This document shows, in pieces, positions 16,771-32,890 of a DNA stretch of 64,000 nucleotides. The position numbers were made by a program, and so were the translations under genes. The DNA lies in assembly GCF_009914755.1 (NCBI RefSeq), contig NC_060932.1; one strand, written 5' to 3'. The stretch comes from the human T2T-CHM13v2.0 reference genome, Homo sapiens. The notes beneath the pieces are model-generated. The model saw nothing but the letters and a program-made list of their open reading frames with translations, was not told the origin of the DNA and searched no databases. Each line of letters starts with the position of its first letter. Positions within the stretch are counted from its first letter, which is position 1.

Positions 16771-17111
16771 GGATTATTTCTGAAAGGGCAGATAAACTGG
16801 TAAAGCCTATTGAGGGGGAATTGAATGATAGAATTTAGGGGAGGGAGACTTAGTCATTGTCTACCTTATTGTGTCTTTTGTATTTGGGTAATATGTGCAT
16901 GTTTCCCCTAGACAACAAACTAAATAAAATTAAAATATAGGGCTTATTCAGGGAAAATCTATTTAAGAAAAACAAGATGTTTTTGGGAAAAAAGGTATCA
17001 CGTTATCAAATAGGAAAACATAATCAAGCCATAATTCAAGGTTTTGTTACTGGGGCAGAGATAATTGAACACACCAGTGGGACAGAATAGAGAGTTAAAA
17101 ACAGTCATGTA

Positions 17112-17430
17112 GGGCTGGGCATGGTGGGTCATGCCCGTAATCCCAGCACTTTAGGAGGTTGAGACAGGAGAATTGCTTGAGCCCAGGAGTTTGATACTAG
17201 CCTGGGCAACATAGTGAGACACTGTCTCTACAAAAAATACACACACACACGCACACACACACACACACACAAATTAGCCCGGTGCGGTGGCACATGCCTG
17301 TAGTCCCAGCTACTCAGGAGGCTGAAGTGGGAGGATCACTTGAGCCCAGGAAGTGGAGGCTGCAGTGAGCCGTAATTGCTCACTGGACTCCGGCCTGGGT
17401 GACAGAGTGATACTCTGTCTCAAAACAACA
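17112..17430 (+). mobile_element. AluJ with (CA)n in the middle linker
   Basis: Alu dimer; CA run at about 17238-17271. Confidence 0.93.
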
Positions 17431-17604
17431 GCCAAAACATGCAAAAAAAGCCAACAACAAAAACAGTTATGTATATATGGCAATGTATGATAAAGGCAGC
17501 ATTTAAAATCAACGGGTAAAATAATGGACTATTAAATAGATATTGAGCCTCTCAGTTCCTTCTCTGTATAGTGGTTATAGTGACTTCATAGGATTCTTGG
17601 AAGG

Positions 17605-18300
<696 letters not shown>

Positions 18301-18444
18301 AACATAATAACCATTAAAAAAGAAAAACAAGACAAAACAAACAAAAAACCACACCAAACCACCGTGTGATATGTATTATTGATAATTCCAACTGTTGGAG
18401 GATTACAACAAACTCAGAATGTTTAATGTGGCCTTTCATTTAGA

Positions 18445-18765
<321 letters not shown>

Positions 18766-20237
18766 TAATTATAAACAGGGCATAAATGGCAAATGACCAG
18801 GCTTAACAGGAGAACGTAAGTTTAATGACAGGATCTAGTGCAATACTATACATGGTAAGACTTTACTGTTTTTACGTAAAGACTTTCCCAGAAAGTCTTC
18901 CAAATCTCTTTTTTAAAGGTGAGTTGGGGTGGGAAATGGGCTTCAGTGATTGTCACTTTGAGCAGCGCCTGGGCTGCCTCCATAAAGAAGCCAGGTGGCC
19001 AGGACTGGACAGACACAGGGGCTGATGTGGGTGTCGGTGGATGGGCAGCAGCCTGAGACCAGCCCCCCTCAGCAAGGCTGTGATGGATACATTAGCACGT
19101 GGGATAGGGTAGGGAGGAGAAAGAAGCAGGTGTTTCCATCGCTACCCTTTGTGTCACTTCGTGTTGGCACCTTTCCAGATTATTCAGTTTTTCCTCTAGA
19201 CCCTGAGTTTCTTTGTCAGGGTCTTCGGGAAAGGATAAAGAGCAGAAAACAAGCATCTTCATGCCTGTCTTGACCTTTCTTCCTATGTAGGACTGAGTCC
19301 AACTCATGGCCCTGGATTCCTTCTTGATACTAAGCGTCCCTTTCCCACAGTCCACCTCTTGGCTGCTAAGCCTTCTCACCCCCAGCCAACCCACAGACAA
19401 GGGCCCCATCTGACACTAGCCCCACATCCAAGGCGTCCTTTCTGCCTCTCACTGGAGGAGAGTATGAGCTCCGCAAAGGCTCCCTGGCCACATGTCCCAG
19501 GGCGTAAGGAATTCTGTGGACTGGAGGATTTCCACTGTGCTTCGACGCTCTGTGAATCCGGGAGCTGCCAGCTATACTCGTTTACAGTGGGGTGAGGTGG
19601 CTAACAAAATGAGTTAAAAAATAATTGCTCTGGCATCTTTTCTCCCACCAAGTAACATTCTCAGCTCTCAGCAGGGAGTTGAAATGAACCCAAAGTAGGA
19701 AACTGATATTTTAATTTGAATTGAAACTGAACTCAAATAACAATATTGTTCTCTCTTTGAAGCTTGAACTAAATCTGACCTAGACAAAATCCAGAAAATT
19801 TCTTAACCTATTCCTCCTCTCCAAAAACAACCTGCAGTGACAGCCTCGATCCTTCTGAATTCTGAACCTGCTTCATGTTTTATTATATTTTTCCAACTGA
19901 GTAGAGTGATATGTTAAATAATTTTTTAAAATTTATTACCATGATAGAAGCATGATCTCTTAAGCAACATTATATCTTTGCTGTTGAAAGGAGTTGATAA
20001 ACTTCAAAGGTTTTATTTAATTAGAAAAAATTTTAAAACTGGTGTGAAATTAATATGAGGTTTAATACTGTATTTTCATGTTTTTGTGTTTCTTTTTAAA
20101 GGGATAAACTCAAGCAGCTACATAAAAAATAATTTTAAAAAGCTTAGTGAACATTATAGCCCCAAATTTTTGTTGCTAGGTCTGTAAAGAATTTCCGTAT
20201 GAGAGAGTATGGTGGTAGGAAATGTAGAATCCATGAG

Positions 20238-20640
20238 TGTCATCGTTTGAATGTGTCCTTCAAAGTTCATGTGCTGGAAACTTAATCGCCAATGCAACAT
20301 TGTTGAGAGGTGGGACCTTTGAGTGGATTAATGTGTTGAGAGGTGAAAGAATTAATGCCATTATTGCAGAGTGGGTTAGTTATCATGGGAATGGGTTAGC
20401 TATCATGGGAATGGGTTTCTGATAAAAGTATGAGTTCAGCCCCCTCTCTCTCACTCTCTCTCCTCTCTTGCCCATCTTATTTCTGCAATGGGATGATATA
20501 GCATGAAGGCCCTCACCAGATGCCAGCGCTATGCTCTGGGACCTCCCATCCTCCAGAACTGTGAACCTAATAAACTTTTGTCGTTTATAAATCACCTCGT
20601 CTCTGGTATTCTGTTATCACTGCACAAACAGACTAAGGCA
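20238..20640 (+). mobile_element. MST-family MaLR solo LTR
   Basis: GTTTGAATGTGTCC..AAAGTTCATGTGCTGGAAACTTAAT start; AAACAGACTAAGGCA end. Confidence 0.85.
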
Positions 20641-21213
20641 TGAGCCAATAGCCATGCCTCCTTGAGACCTGGCATAGCATCTAGAATGCATCTGGAGCTC
20701 AGTACCTATTTGTTAAGTGAATTAATCAAGGAGGAGTTCCTCCTGGCTTCTATGTGAGGACATATTTGCCTTTGTGCATTGTAGACCTTTGGTCTTGATT
20801 TTAAATGTTTTCTCAGCGTAGCCCTTTTGGCTTCTAGGCTTGTCTGTGAGTCTCTCTCTCTCAGCACTGTAACCACCCTTTTCATTTCCTGTTAATATCT
20901 CTGTTATTCATTTTTTCTTTCTGACTTGTTAATTCATCACAAAAGTTTGTGTATGTGTGTGTGATTTTCTGAATGTTTGATCTCTAATATGATCTTATTT
21001 TTCTTAAATAACTTCATTAGAAGCCTCAACTTTATTTTCTTCTTATATGGAGTTGTATACTTTAAAAAGTATGCACAAGATTAAAGAGGAACTATGTGTA
21101 ATCTAAGAAATTTATTTATTTTTTCCTTAGATATCTAAATATAGCCTAGCTGTTATGCTTTGGCTCAAATTTTGACTTGGTAAATTTGTTCTATTCATTT
21201 ATTTATCTTTTTT

Positions 21214-21343
21214 ATAATTAAAAAAATAGAGATGGGGTCTTGCTATGTTGGCCAGGGTAGTCTTGAACTCCTGGCCTCAAGCAATCCTCTTGCCTTGGCT
21301 TCCCAAAATCTGGGATCACAGGTATGAGCCACCATGCCTGGCC
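21214..21343 (-). mobile_element. FLAM / Alu left monomer
   Basis: Single reverse left arm. Confidence 0.85.
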
Positions 21344-22127
21344 TATTCATTTCTTTCACATTTATCTATTTTCTATGGTTAGCACCAATGCCTTCCCTTG
21401 AGTATAGCAAAGGGGGGCATTTCCCCCAGATTGTACAGAGGAAACTCTAAACAGCAGTGAGTAGGAAAGAAGTAACTGCCCCCATATCCCGCCCCTGCCA
21501 ATACCCTCAGCGTTCAAGTTACTCTTTTGGACATTGTCTCCCGTTTCTTTCCTCCTGTGCCACTTTCTCTATTTCTATTTCTAATATTTACAATCTCAGT
21601 TCTGATGACCAATGCTGCCATACAATTCATTTCAGCTTGAGCCTACTTGTACCCCTCTGGGGAAAGCCCAGGTTGGTAAATACTACGTGCAAACAACCCT
21701 TGCACAACATCCACATCTCCATCTATTTTCCACTGAGACACAAGCCCTGTCCTTTGCAGACTTCAAAGTGCCTGATCCCTGATCAAATGAGCACATGATC
21801 CGAACTAAGCAATGAGAATCTTGCCCTATAAAAATGAGATCTTGAGCCATGTGACACAAGGACCCCAAATGGCAAAACAGGTTCATCCCAAAAGGCAGGG
21901 CTGCCCATTAGTTCTTGCTCTCTGGATCTCTGGAGTCACCCCAGTTTCTGTCCTCACTAAGCCTTTTCCTGTGATTCTCTGGGCTACCCTGTAGCCTTTC
22001 AATACATTTCTTTTTGTCTTCAGTTACCCAGTGTTCATTTCTGTTGTTTGCAACCAAAGAGCTCCAAGTGATACCAGTGTTTGCAATTATTTGAGAACTT
22101 CCTCTGTTTCTTCATTGTTATGCTTTA

Positions 22128-22658
<531 letters not shown>

Positions 22659-23065
22659 AGTCTACTATCACTTTGGGATGACAGGGTATACTTTACTGCC
22701 ATTTAGTGAACAATTGAGCTTTATCACTATGTATTTACTTAAACAGAAACCAGCTAAACCAGAATGAAATCAGCTACCGGAATCCCTCCCACTTCACTTT
22801 CCACCTGGGCTCCCTCTGACAACAGGTAACCTTTGGGTGAAGTTGGCACAGAACTTTGAGAGACAGGACTCCCAACTGGATGACATTTTTAACATAAAGC
22901 AGCTATGGTAGCGTCGCCAAGAGCTTTCTCATCAGGGGGGCCGGCACTCTGCCTTGCTCTCTCCTTCATCCTTCCCCTTCCACCTTCCATTCTATTTCTG
23001 CCTCTTTGACCAGCTAAAGTGATTAGTTCTGGTGACTCTCATTCATCACCTACCATTGGCAGACT

Positions 23066-23137
23066 GGGGTTTCCCTCTAAGGGCAGTGGCTCTTGGGAAT
23101 GGTCTCGGGGACTCCCCAGAGGTCTCAGGTCAGGTCA
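23066..23137. promoter_or_regulatory. Candidate NF-kB doublet plus nuclear-receptor half-sites
   Basis: GGGGTTTCCC 23066-23075, GGGGACTCCCC 23107-23117, AGGTCAGGTCA 23127-23137. Confidence 0.4.
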
Positions 23138-23489
23138 ATACGGTCATTCCCTTGGCTCTTAGCTGGGCTAACTGATAGCCTTGGTGGCCTTTAGCAATGA
23201 CAGAGGTGTTTTTGTTTGCATGATCAGACAGCATCCGCCTTGGCAATGCTGAAGCACCTCTGAGCAAACCACTCAGAATGGCCTGATGTGACCTTCCAGA
23301 GGGCAGATGCTAAGTCTGCCTTCTCTCTCCACCGTGGTTGATGGAATAAATTAATGGTTGATAGAATTATAGCAGAGTACACATAACTAACTTAATTTTA
23401 GCCCCTGACCAGCACAAGAACACAAGAGTCATCTAAGCAAAGTGGTGAGAAGGAAGGAATCCAGGGGCTCTCCAGAAGAGGAAGGGTTT

Positions 23490-23720
23490 TGTAGTGAGTG
23501 GCTAAGGAGTATAAACACTGGACTCTAGACATAGGGTCCGGCTCTACTACTTAGCTATTAATTTGGGCAAAATTACTTATGTTCTCTGAGCCTTATCTGT
23601 AAAGCAGAGATAGTATTAGCACCTATCTCATAGGGTTCTTGTGACAATTAAATGGGATGAAACCTAAAAAGTCCCCAGCATGAAGACTGGCATATAGTGC
23701 AATAAATATGAGCTACTGTT
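23490..23720 (+). mobile_element. MIR
   Basis: TTGGGCAAAATTACTT..CTCTGAGCCTTATCTGTAAA..ACCTATCTCATAGGGTT. Confidence 0.8.
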
Positions 23721-24532
23721 ATCACTGGTAATAAAATCATCAGCAACTAGCCAAATGGGGGAACAGCCTATGTGCATTGGGACCTTTCTGGAGGCAAAGG
23801 CTGCAGGAGGCCTTTCCAGAGATTCAGAACTGGAGACCCCAGTGGGGCACCCTGCACATGGCAGCAGAGGCCAGCATAGGACAGAGCAGAACCAAGGAGA
23901 GCTTGCATTTCCCCACCAATGCCACGCTGTTGCCCAAATCCAGCAAGATTTGGAACTCATTCAAAGGGGAAGAACGAGGGAAGGGGGAATCTTGAAGTTA
24001 TCTAAGTTTGTAGATGAGAAATGTTCGTACCTGCTACACCTGCAAAAGTTTGTCCTGGCACAGCTGAGACAGATGCAGAACTATGTGGCATGTAGGGTGA
24101 AGCTACCCATCTCCCCATCCCTGCTGCCCTTCTACCACCATCCTTGCCATTACCCTTCTCTCCTTGAGGAAAGAATGCAAGTCTGGTCAGAAGAATGGCG
24201 AGGCACTGCTGGAAAGGTTGGCATTCAGATCCTGGACTAAGTCTCTGGACTTCCTCCTGCTGGGGCTGGAGCTGGAGCCCGGCATGGTGGTGCCAGTGTG
24301 ATGGCCGGCTGCCTGCTGAGCACAGGGAGCTTGATGAGCAGAGACGCAGAATGGTCCTTGAGCTTGATCCCAGAGAGGCAAGTGGTGTAGGAATGGAAAG
24401 GAAGAGCTGGATTCTACAGAAATTCCTGAGAAGTATTGTCAGGGATTCACAGAAGTGGGGGAAAGTTAGAGAGCACTGGGATCTGGGCCTGGATGGCTCA
24501 GAGAATCATGATGCCAGAAATTCAGATATCAG

Positions 24533-24868
<336 letters not shown>

Positions 24869-25175
24869 AAGTGGCAGATGGCAGAGATGAGCTCATTGAA
24901 AAAGGAATGTTCTAAAGTTTTACACTTTCTATGTACAGGAACTCAACTTTCTCAGGGGTAGACAGACGGGTGAAATTTTTCCGCAAAGGTGTTCTGGGTT
25001 ACAACACAGACCTTTTTAGCCAGAAATTGCTAGAAAGGCAAACACGTTTTGATTAACTCTAGATTGAACATGGCTGTGAGGAAAGGAAGTCAGAGCTCTA
25101 TTTTTAAGGTAGTTTGATGCAAGGTGAGCTCCGCTTCCCTTGCCACGGTGCAGATTACGTGGTCACGACACACTT

Positions 25176-25207
25176 CCACCACCTGGTGGCCAAACACTTA
25201 AATTGCA
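25176..25207 (-). promoter_or_regulatory. CTCF site with upstream module
   Basis: Minus strand TGCAATTTAAGTGTT-TGGCCACCAGGTGGTGG: core motif plus TGCAR module 18 nt before the core CC. Confidence 0.7.
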
Positions 25208-25870
25208 AGGCCTGCTCTTTAAGAAGTCCTCAACAATAGGGAGGACCTAATAGCATCTTCTTCTCCTGGCTCTGCAAAAACTTTTGAAACAGCCCTCAGA
25301 AGAAAGAAGCTGGAGCTCTGCTCGCTTCTCCAAAGACGGAGTTTGGTTTTGCTCCCCTGGTATAATCAGAAAAGCCAAGGAAGACTTTGAAGTAAACACA
25401 GTCCTTCCTCTGAAGTGCCAAGAACCCTAAAATTCTTGCAGTAGTAATTAATTCTATTTCCTTTCTGAGTGTTCTCTTTGAAAATATAGACACCCATTGT
25501 GAAGGGTGAGCTGTTAAATCATTAACACTTTAGTGTGAATAACTGTCTCAGACACTTTCCTTAGGTGGGGCTCATAGCTCCTAGAGGGTCTTAGAGGGGG
25601 GTTAAGGAAAGACCCAAAGGGAGGAAGAGAGGGCATCTGATATGGTCCTTCTATTATCCTGGGACCAAGAGGGCCAGGAGGAACCCCTGGTGAGAGCCTT
25701 GCCCTGGCTGCATGTGGTAACCTGCTTCACCCCAGCCTGCAAAAGCATTGACAAAACCCTGATGACAAGTTAACCAGAGAAAGCAGTGTGTGCTGTGTCT
25801 GGGAGGACATGGGAAATGCTAAGAAAGACCGATAATGACAGTGTCCCAAAGAGGAAGCTGGGTCCTCTAG

Positions 25871-26200
<330 letters not shown>

Positions 26201-26587
26201 CTGTTGTTTCTTTAAAACAGTGTATAAGGTTTATGGGCCCCATCCTCCCCACAGATAAAAATGGTTTAGTCCTCAATGTTTAAAATTGGGAGATTTCACA
26301 TAAAAACCTGGATTTCTGGCTTTTCCTGTAAAAAGAATAAGGATGAGGATAATGATGATGAGACCAGCATTTTCACATGCTCTTCTAAAGCCGACAGGGA
26401 GCTGCTCTGCTGGGAGGGGATGTGCACCTTCCGGTTCTCCACAGTCCCCAGAAGTCCCACTTGCTGCACTTATGTTCCTGGCCTGGCTCCTGAAACCATC
26501 TGTGGTTGTGACTCTGCTTTCAAATACTACTAATAATTAAAATGATGATAAAAGTAATGAAAATACCAGTAATGCTATCAGTCATTT

Positions 26588-27213
26588 TGTCAGAGGCATT
26601 TGAACCAGAGCAACTCCATCATTAACAGGGGCTGGGTAAAATAAGACCCACTGGGCTGCATTCCCAGGAGGTTAGGCATTCTAAGTCACAGGATGAGATA
26701 GGAGGTCGGCACAAGGTACAGGTCACAAAGACCTTGACGATAAAACAGGTGACGGTAAAGCAGCTGGCCAAAACCCACCAAAACCAAGATGGCCACAAAA
26801 GTGACCTCTGGTCATCTTCACTGCTCATTACATGGTAATTATAATGCATTATCATGCTGAAAGACACTCCCACCAGCTCATGGCAGTTTACAAATGCCAT
26901 GGCAATGTCAGGGGGTTACCCTATATGGTCGAAAAGGGGTAGGAATCCTCAGTTCCTGGAATTGCCCACCCCTTTCCCAGAAAATTAATGAATAATCCAC
27001 CCCTTGTTTAGCATATAATCAAGAAATAACCATAAAAATGGGCAACCAGCGGCCCTCAGGGCCTTTTGCCTATGGAGTAGCCATTCTTTTGTTTCTTTAC
27101 TTCTCCAATAAATTTGCTTTCACTTTATTCAATGAATTCGCCTCAAATTCTTTCTTTTGCGAGGTCCAAGAACCCTCTCTTGGGGCCTGCATCAGGACCC
27201 GTTTCTGGTAACA
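26588..27213 (+). mobile_element. MER41 (MER41B-like) ERV1 solo LTR
   Basis: TGTCAGAGGCATTTGAACCAGAGCAACTCCATC start; TTTCTGGTAACA end; 4-bp TSD ATTT; tandem GAS motifs. Confidence 0.93.
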
Positions 27214-28005
27214 ATTTAATGCTACTTCAAGCCAGACATTGTGCTAGTAATATTACTAACAAATTAACTCTGATTCTCAAAAAACAATGGTGTTTATATT
27301 TTCATATTAGCAAGATGAAAACCAAAGGACAAGGGAATTTCGTAGTCACATGCTCCTTTTTGTACTGGTATTAGAATATTGCCACTGTAGATTTTTCTTG
27401 GGTGTTTATTATATATTTTGTATTTATTCTCATTTCAATAGAGACACAGCTAAAAATGAATAGCACTACATTTATTTTCAACACAGGCAACAATCTGGCT
27501 CGGTTTGTAGCACCAAAATTGCACCCAAGACTGTCCTGCTTGTCCTCACCTCTGTGCAATTCATGATTCTGAGCAACACCACTCCAATCTCCCCTGTTCT
27601 ACCCATGAGGTAATTGGCTTTCTGTTTAGCTACATGAGACTTCTTTTCTAGACAAATACTTATGGCTCCCTATTGTTTTGCTAATTAATTAAGACCTATG
27701 TTGTATTTCAAATGACCAAGTGCATTTTTGTCAACTGGAAAAAAACAAACAAACAAACAAGAAGGTGTTTTGATTCTTGCCCAGTTATTAACAATTCAAG
27801 TAAGTCCACATACGCTGCTGCTTCTCTGACTATGAGGAGTGAGCCCTAGGGAGGCATACAGGAAGCCTCCAAGGGTGACTAATGGGCTTTCTTTTGGATA
27901 CAGAAATAATGCTACTGCTTTCAATTATTTGGAGTTCTTACCTCCCTCCCCAGTAGAGATAGATTTCCATGGTCCTACTATACTGTCCCTTCTGGTACCC
28001 TAGAT

Positions 28006-28361
28006 CGGGGTGCCCAATCCCCTGGCCAAGGACCGGTACTGTCTGTGGCCTGTTAGGAAGCAGGCCACACAGCAGAAGGTGAGCAGCGGGCAAGCCAGCC
28101 TGACCACCTGAGCTCCACCTCCTGTCAGCTCAGCAGCAGCATTAGATTCTCATAGGAGTGTGAACCCTACTGTGAACTGCACATGTGAGGGATCTAGGTT
28201 GCGTGTTCCTTATGAGACTCTAACTAATGCTTGATGATCTGAGGTGGACAGTTTCACCCCAGAAACATCTGCCCCATCCCCCCACTCCTCCACCACCCAC
28301 TGGTGGAAAAATTGTCTTCCACAAAACCGGTCCCTGGTGCCAAAAAGGTTGGGGACTGCAG
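28006..28361 (+). mobile_element. MER1B hAT-Charlie MITE
   Basis: GGTCCCTGGTGCCAAAAAGGTTGGGGAC end; 8-bp degenerate TSD CCCTAGAT/CTCTAGGT. Confidence 0.9.
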
Positions 28362-29262
28362 CTCTAGGTAACCAAAGGCATGCATTTCCTCCATCCCTAT
28401 CCTTTCTTTCAAGGAAGAAAGAAATGTGGGAGACAATGGGCCTATTTTCTCATCCCATTAAATTAGTTTGGCAGAAATTAGTTTGATCATATATTGTGTG
28501 TTTAATTTAAAAAAATCCCAGTGACACATCTTTTAATGCCCCTGTTGGTGAAGAAAGCAAAATTCTGTACAATATTTGAAGAAGTTTGTTCTGAGCCAAA
28601 TGTGAGGCCCATGACCCATGACACAGCCTCAGGAGGTCCTGAGAACATGCGTCCAAGGTGGTTGGGTTACAGCTTGGTTTTATACATTTTAAGGAAACAG
28701 AAGTTACAGGCAAAGACATAAATCAACACATGTGAGGTATACATTGGTTCAGCCCAGAAAGGCAGGACATCTGGAAGCAGGGGATTTCCAGGTCATAGGT
28801 GGATTCAAAGATTTTCTGATTGGTGATTGGTTGAAAGAGTTAAGCTTTGCCTGAAGAGCTGAGTCAGCATAAAGCAATGCTTGAGTCAAGATAAGGGGGA
28901 TTGTGGAACCCCAGGTTTTTGTTATATAAAGTCTCTAAGTCAGCTTCAGAGAGAATAGATGGTATATGTCTCTTACTGGGCCTTGAAAGGTATCAGACTC
29001 TCCAAAATAGTCCTAGTAAGGGAAGGAGATTCTCTAGAGAATGCAAATTTTCCCCGCAAGAGATGGCTTTGCGGAGCTATTCCAAAATATGTCAAAGAAA
29101 TATATTTGGGGGTAAAATACTTTGATTTCCTCTAGGGCCTGTTATCTCTCATGTGATGCTACACCAGCATCAGGTTGGAACTTGGTATCATGTTGCTACA
29201 GTCTGTTTTGTCAGTCTTATAATCTCTTTGTGAATGTTCATGCTGGTCAGTCATGTGCCTGA

Positions 29263-29694
<432 letters not shown>

Positions 29695-29722
29695 TAATAT
29701 ATATTTTTTTACTAACAAAGTT

Positions 29723-29858
29723 CAGTCTCTGGAGAGACGGTCAAAAATTGCCAATGCTGACTATATTTCAACTCATCGTGGCAGGGTACTGAGAAGAGTT
29801 TTCCATTAGCAATAATCACACCTCAGGTAAACCTCATTGGCTGCCATTGCACAAAGTT
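29723..29858 (-). pseudogene. Retroposed U4 snRNA pseudogene
   Basis: Reverse complement reads AACTTTGTGCAATGGCAG-CCAATGAGGTTTACCTGAGGTGTGATTATTGCTAATGGAAAAC...GGCAATTTTTGACCGTCTCTCCAGAGACTG, matching U4 with its Sm site, an 8-nt deletion and an A-tail. Confidence 0.95.
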
Positions 29859-30002
29859 TCCTCGGGTTTTCTTTGGGATCCTCTTGGCCAAGGGGGGAAT
29901 CCATTCAGTGGTTGGGGGTGCTTAGAATTTTATTTTTGGTTTACTCCCACAAACTTTGTAACGTTCCTTCTTTCCTTCCCCTCTGTTTATTTATTTCAGT
30001 AA

Positions 30003-30290
<288 letters not shown>

Positions 30291-30879
30291 GTAATTCTCT
30301 TTTTATCAGTTTTAATTCTCATTGAAGTTATCTATAATCATAAGAGTCAAATCCAAGGCTTGTTACAAAAATTAGCAGATCTCTCTCACTCCATTTCCTG
30401 ATCTCTAAACAGAACCACTTTCAAATCTCTAGATAATTTTATACTATATTCTATAAATTTTCAGTTTCAGGTGTATGTTGTCAACTTCTTGCGATGGAAA
30501 ATAAGGCCTTTACTTTCACTCTCGCTCTCTCTCTCGCTCTCTTTATTGCTCTCTCTCTCTCACATACACACATTCACACTTTCTGACTTCCTGTCTTCCT
30601 GAAACAATTACATAAGCTTTGGTTAGACACATATTCAGTGTTGTATTGGTCAAGTCTAATCAGGAGTTAGAAACCACAGAGTAATTGGTACATAGAAAGT
30701 TTAATATAAAGAGTTATTCACTACAGTATAGGATTATCTATCAAGGGGGAAAGAGAACTGTAAAGAATGCCTAGAGGTGGGCAAGTGTGGGAGACCAGAG
30801 TACCCCTCCCCAAAGTACAAGGGATTATCAAGCTGAAGACACTTAAGAAGAAACAAACGCACCAGAGCGCTCTGCCCTC

Positions 30880-31567
30880 TGTTGGGGCTTGGAAAACAAT
30901 GCCCTGCAGTACGGCACTTTGGCGGGTTGAGCACTTTGATCTCAAGGAGACTGGAAGGCTCCAGAAGCAAGTTCTCTCTGATCTTTTCTGTTCTATCTCT
31001 CCTGCCTCTTTTTTCCCCCAAAGCAAGTCATGGACACCAGAATTCCACTTCCCCAAGGCTGGTTATTAGAAACTGATCCCCTCTTCTCCAAAGCAAGCCT
31101 TAAAATGAGACATATCATTCTCATCTTCCCCATCTTTCTGTGTAGAAGCTGGCCATAAAGACATTCTCCGGCCTGCCTTGCCAAATAGTTGGTCATAAGA
31201 CTCCCATTCCAGAGGGGTCCTGCGCTATCCCCCGAGCAAGGAATGCTGCACAGAGAAGCCAAGAAGAATCTGAACATACAGGCTTTGCCGGGTCTCCCCA
31301 CTCAATCCATTATCATTGGATCATATTGTTGTTGTCCAGTCACATTTCTACATGCCTGCCCATTTTTTATTTGACTTAAGCATAAAAATAGACAATTTTC
31401 CCTGGGTCTTTAGGACTTTATTTCTGAAGTTTGCCGTGTCATGTAAAACTTTGATTAAATAAGTTGTGTTATGTTTTTCTCCTGTGAACCTGTCTTTGTT
31501 ATAGGAGTTGTCGGCCATGACCCTTATGATGGGTGAGGAAAGGGATCACACCTTTTCTGCCCCTGCA
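30880..31567 (+). mobile_element. MER39-type solo LTR
   Basis: TGTTGGGGCTTGGAAAAC start; GGAAAGGGATCACACCTTTTCTGCCCCTGCA end; homologous to 10913-11530. Confidence 0.8.
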
Positions 31568-31621
31568 TTCTCCTCTATTTGCCTAAAAGAAGAATATAGA
31601 TCTATAAAGAAAAAGGGCATC

Positions 31622-32195
31622 TGTATGAGTCAGGGTTCTCCAGGAGGACAGAACTAATAGGATATATGTGTATATAAAAGAGAGTTTACTAGGGAGGATT
31701 GGCTCACACAATTACAAGGCAAAGTCCTACAAGAGGCCGTTTGCAAGCTGGGGAGAAGGAAAAGCTGGTAGTGGCTCAGTCCAAGTCCGAAAGCCTCAGA
31801 ACCAGGGAAGCCAACAGTGCAGCCTTCAGTCTGCGGTTGAAGGTCCGGGAGACCCTGGGAAGCTGCTGGTGCAAGTCCCAGAGTCCAAAGGCCAAAGAAT
31901 CTGGCGTCTGATATCCAAGGGCAGGAGGAGCAGAGGCAAGCACCCAACGTGGGAAGAAGAAAGAGAGCCAGAGGACTCAGCAAGCAAAGTTACCCCACCT
32001 TCTTCACCTGCTTTGTTCTGGCTGTGCTGGCTGCCATTGGATGGTGTCCACCCACACTGAGGGTGAGTCTTCCTCTCCCAGTCCACTGACTCACATGTCA
32101 ATCTCCCCAGCACCCTCACAGACACACCAGAAACGATACCAGCCACCTAGCATTCCCCAATCCAGTCAAGTTGGCACCTAATATTAACCGTCACA
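31622..32195 (-). mobile_element. MLT2A (HERV-L) solo LTR
   Basis: TGTATGAGTCAGGGTTCTCC...TATTAACCGTCACA on the plus strand; 5-bp TSD G(C/T)ATC. Confidence 0.88.
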
Positions 32196-32228
32196 GTATC
32201 CTTCCTTGCTCTCTGAAGGTTACCAGTG

Positions 32229-32890
<662 letters not shown>

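Noticed and set aside
19620-20220. AT-rich stretch resembling an ancient DNA-transposon relic
   Set aside because: I could not identify termini or a family with confidence; it needs a Dfam search
20372-20417. 20-bp tandem repeat in the MST LTR
   Set aside because: Similar internal repetition is typical of this part of MST LTRs
23755-24240. 161-aa ORF in non-repeat DNA
   Set aside because: No recognisable motif or homology and no supporting exon structure; compatible with chance
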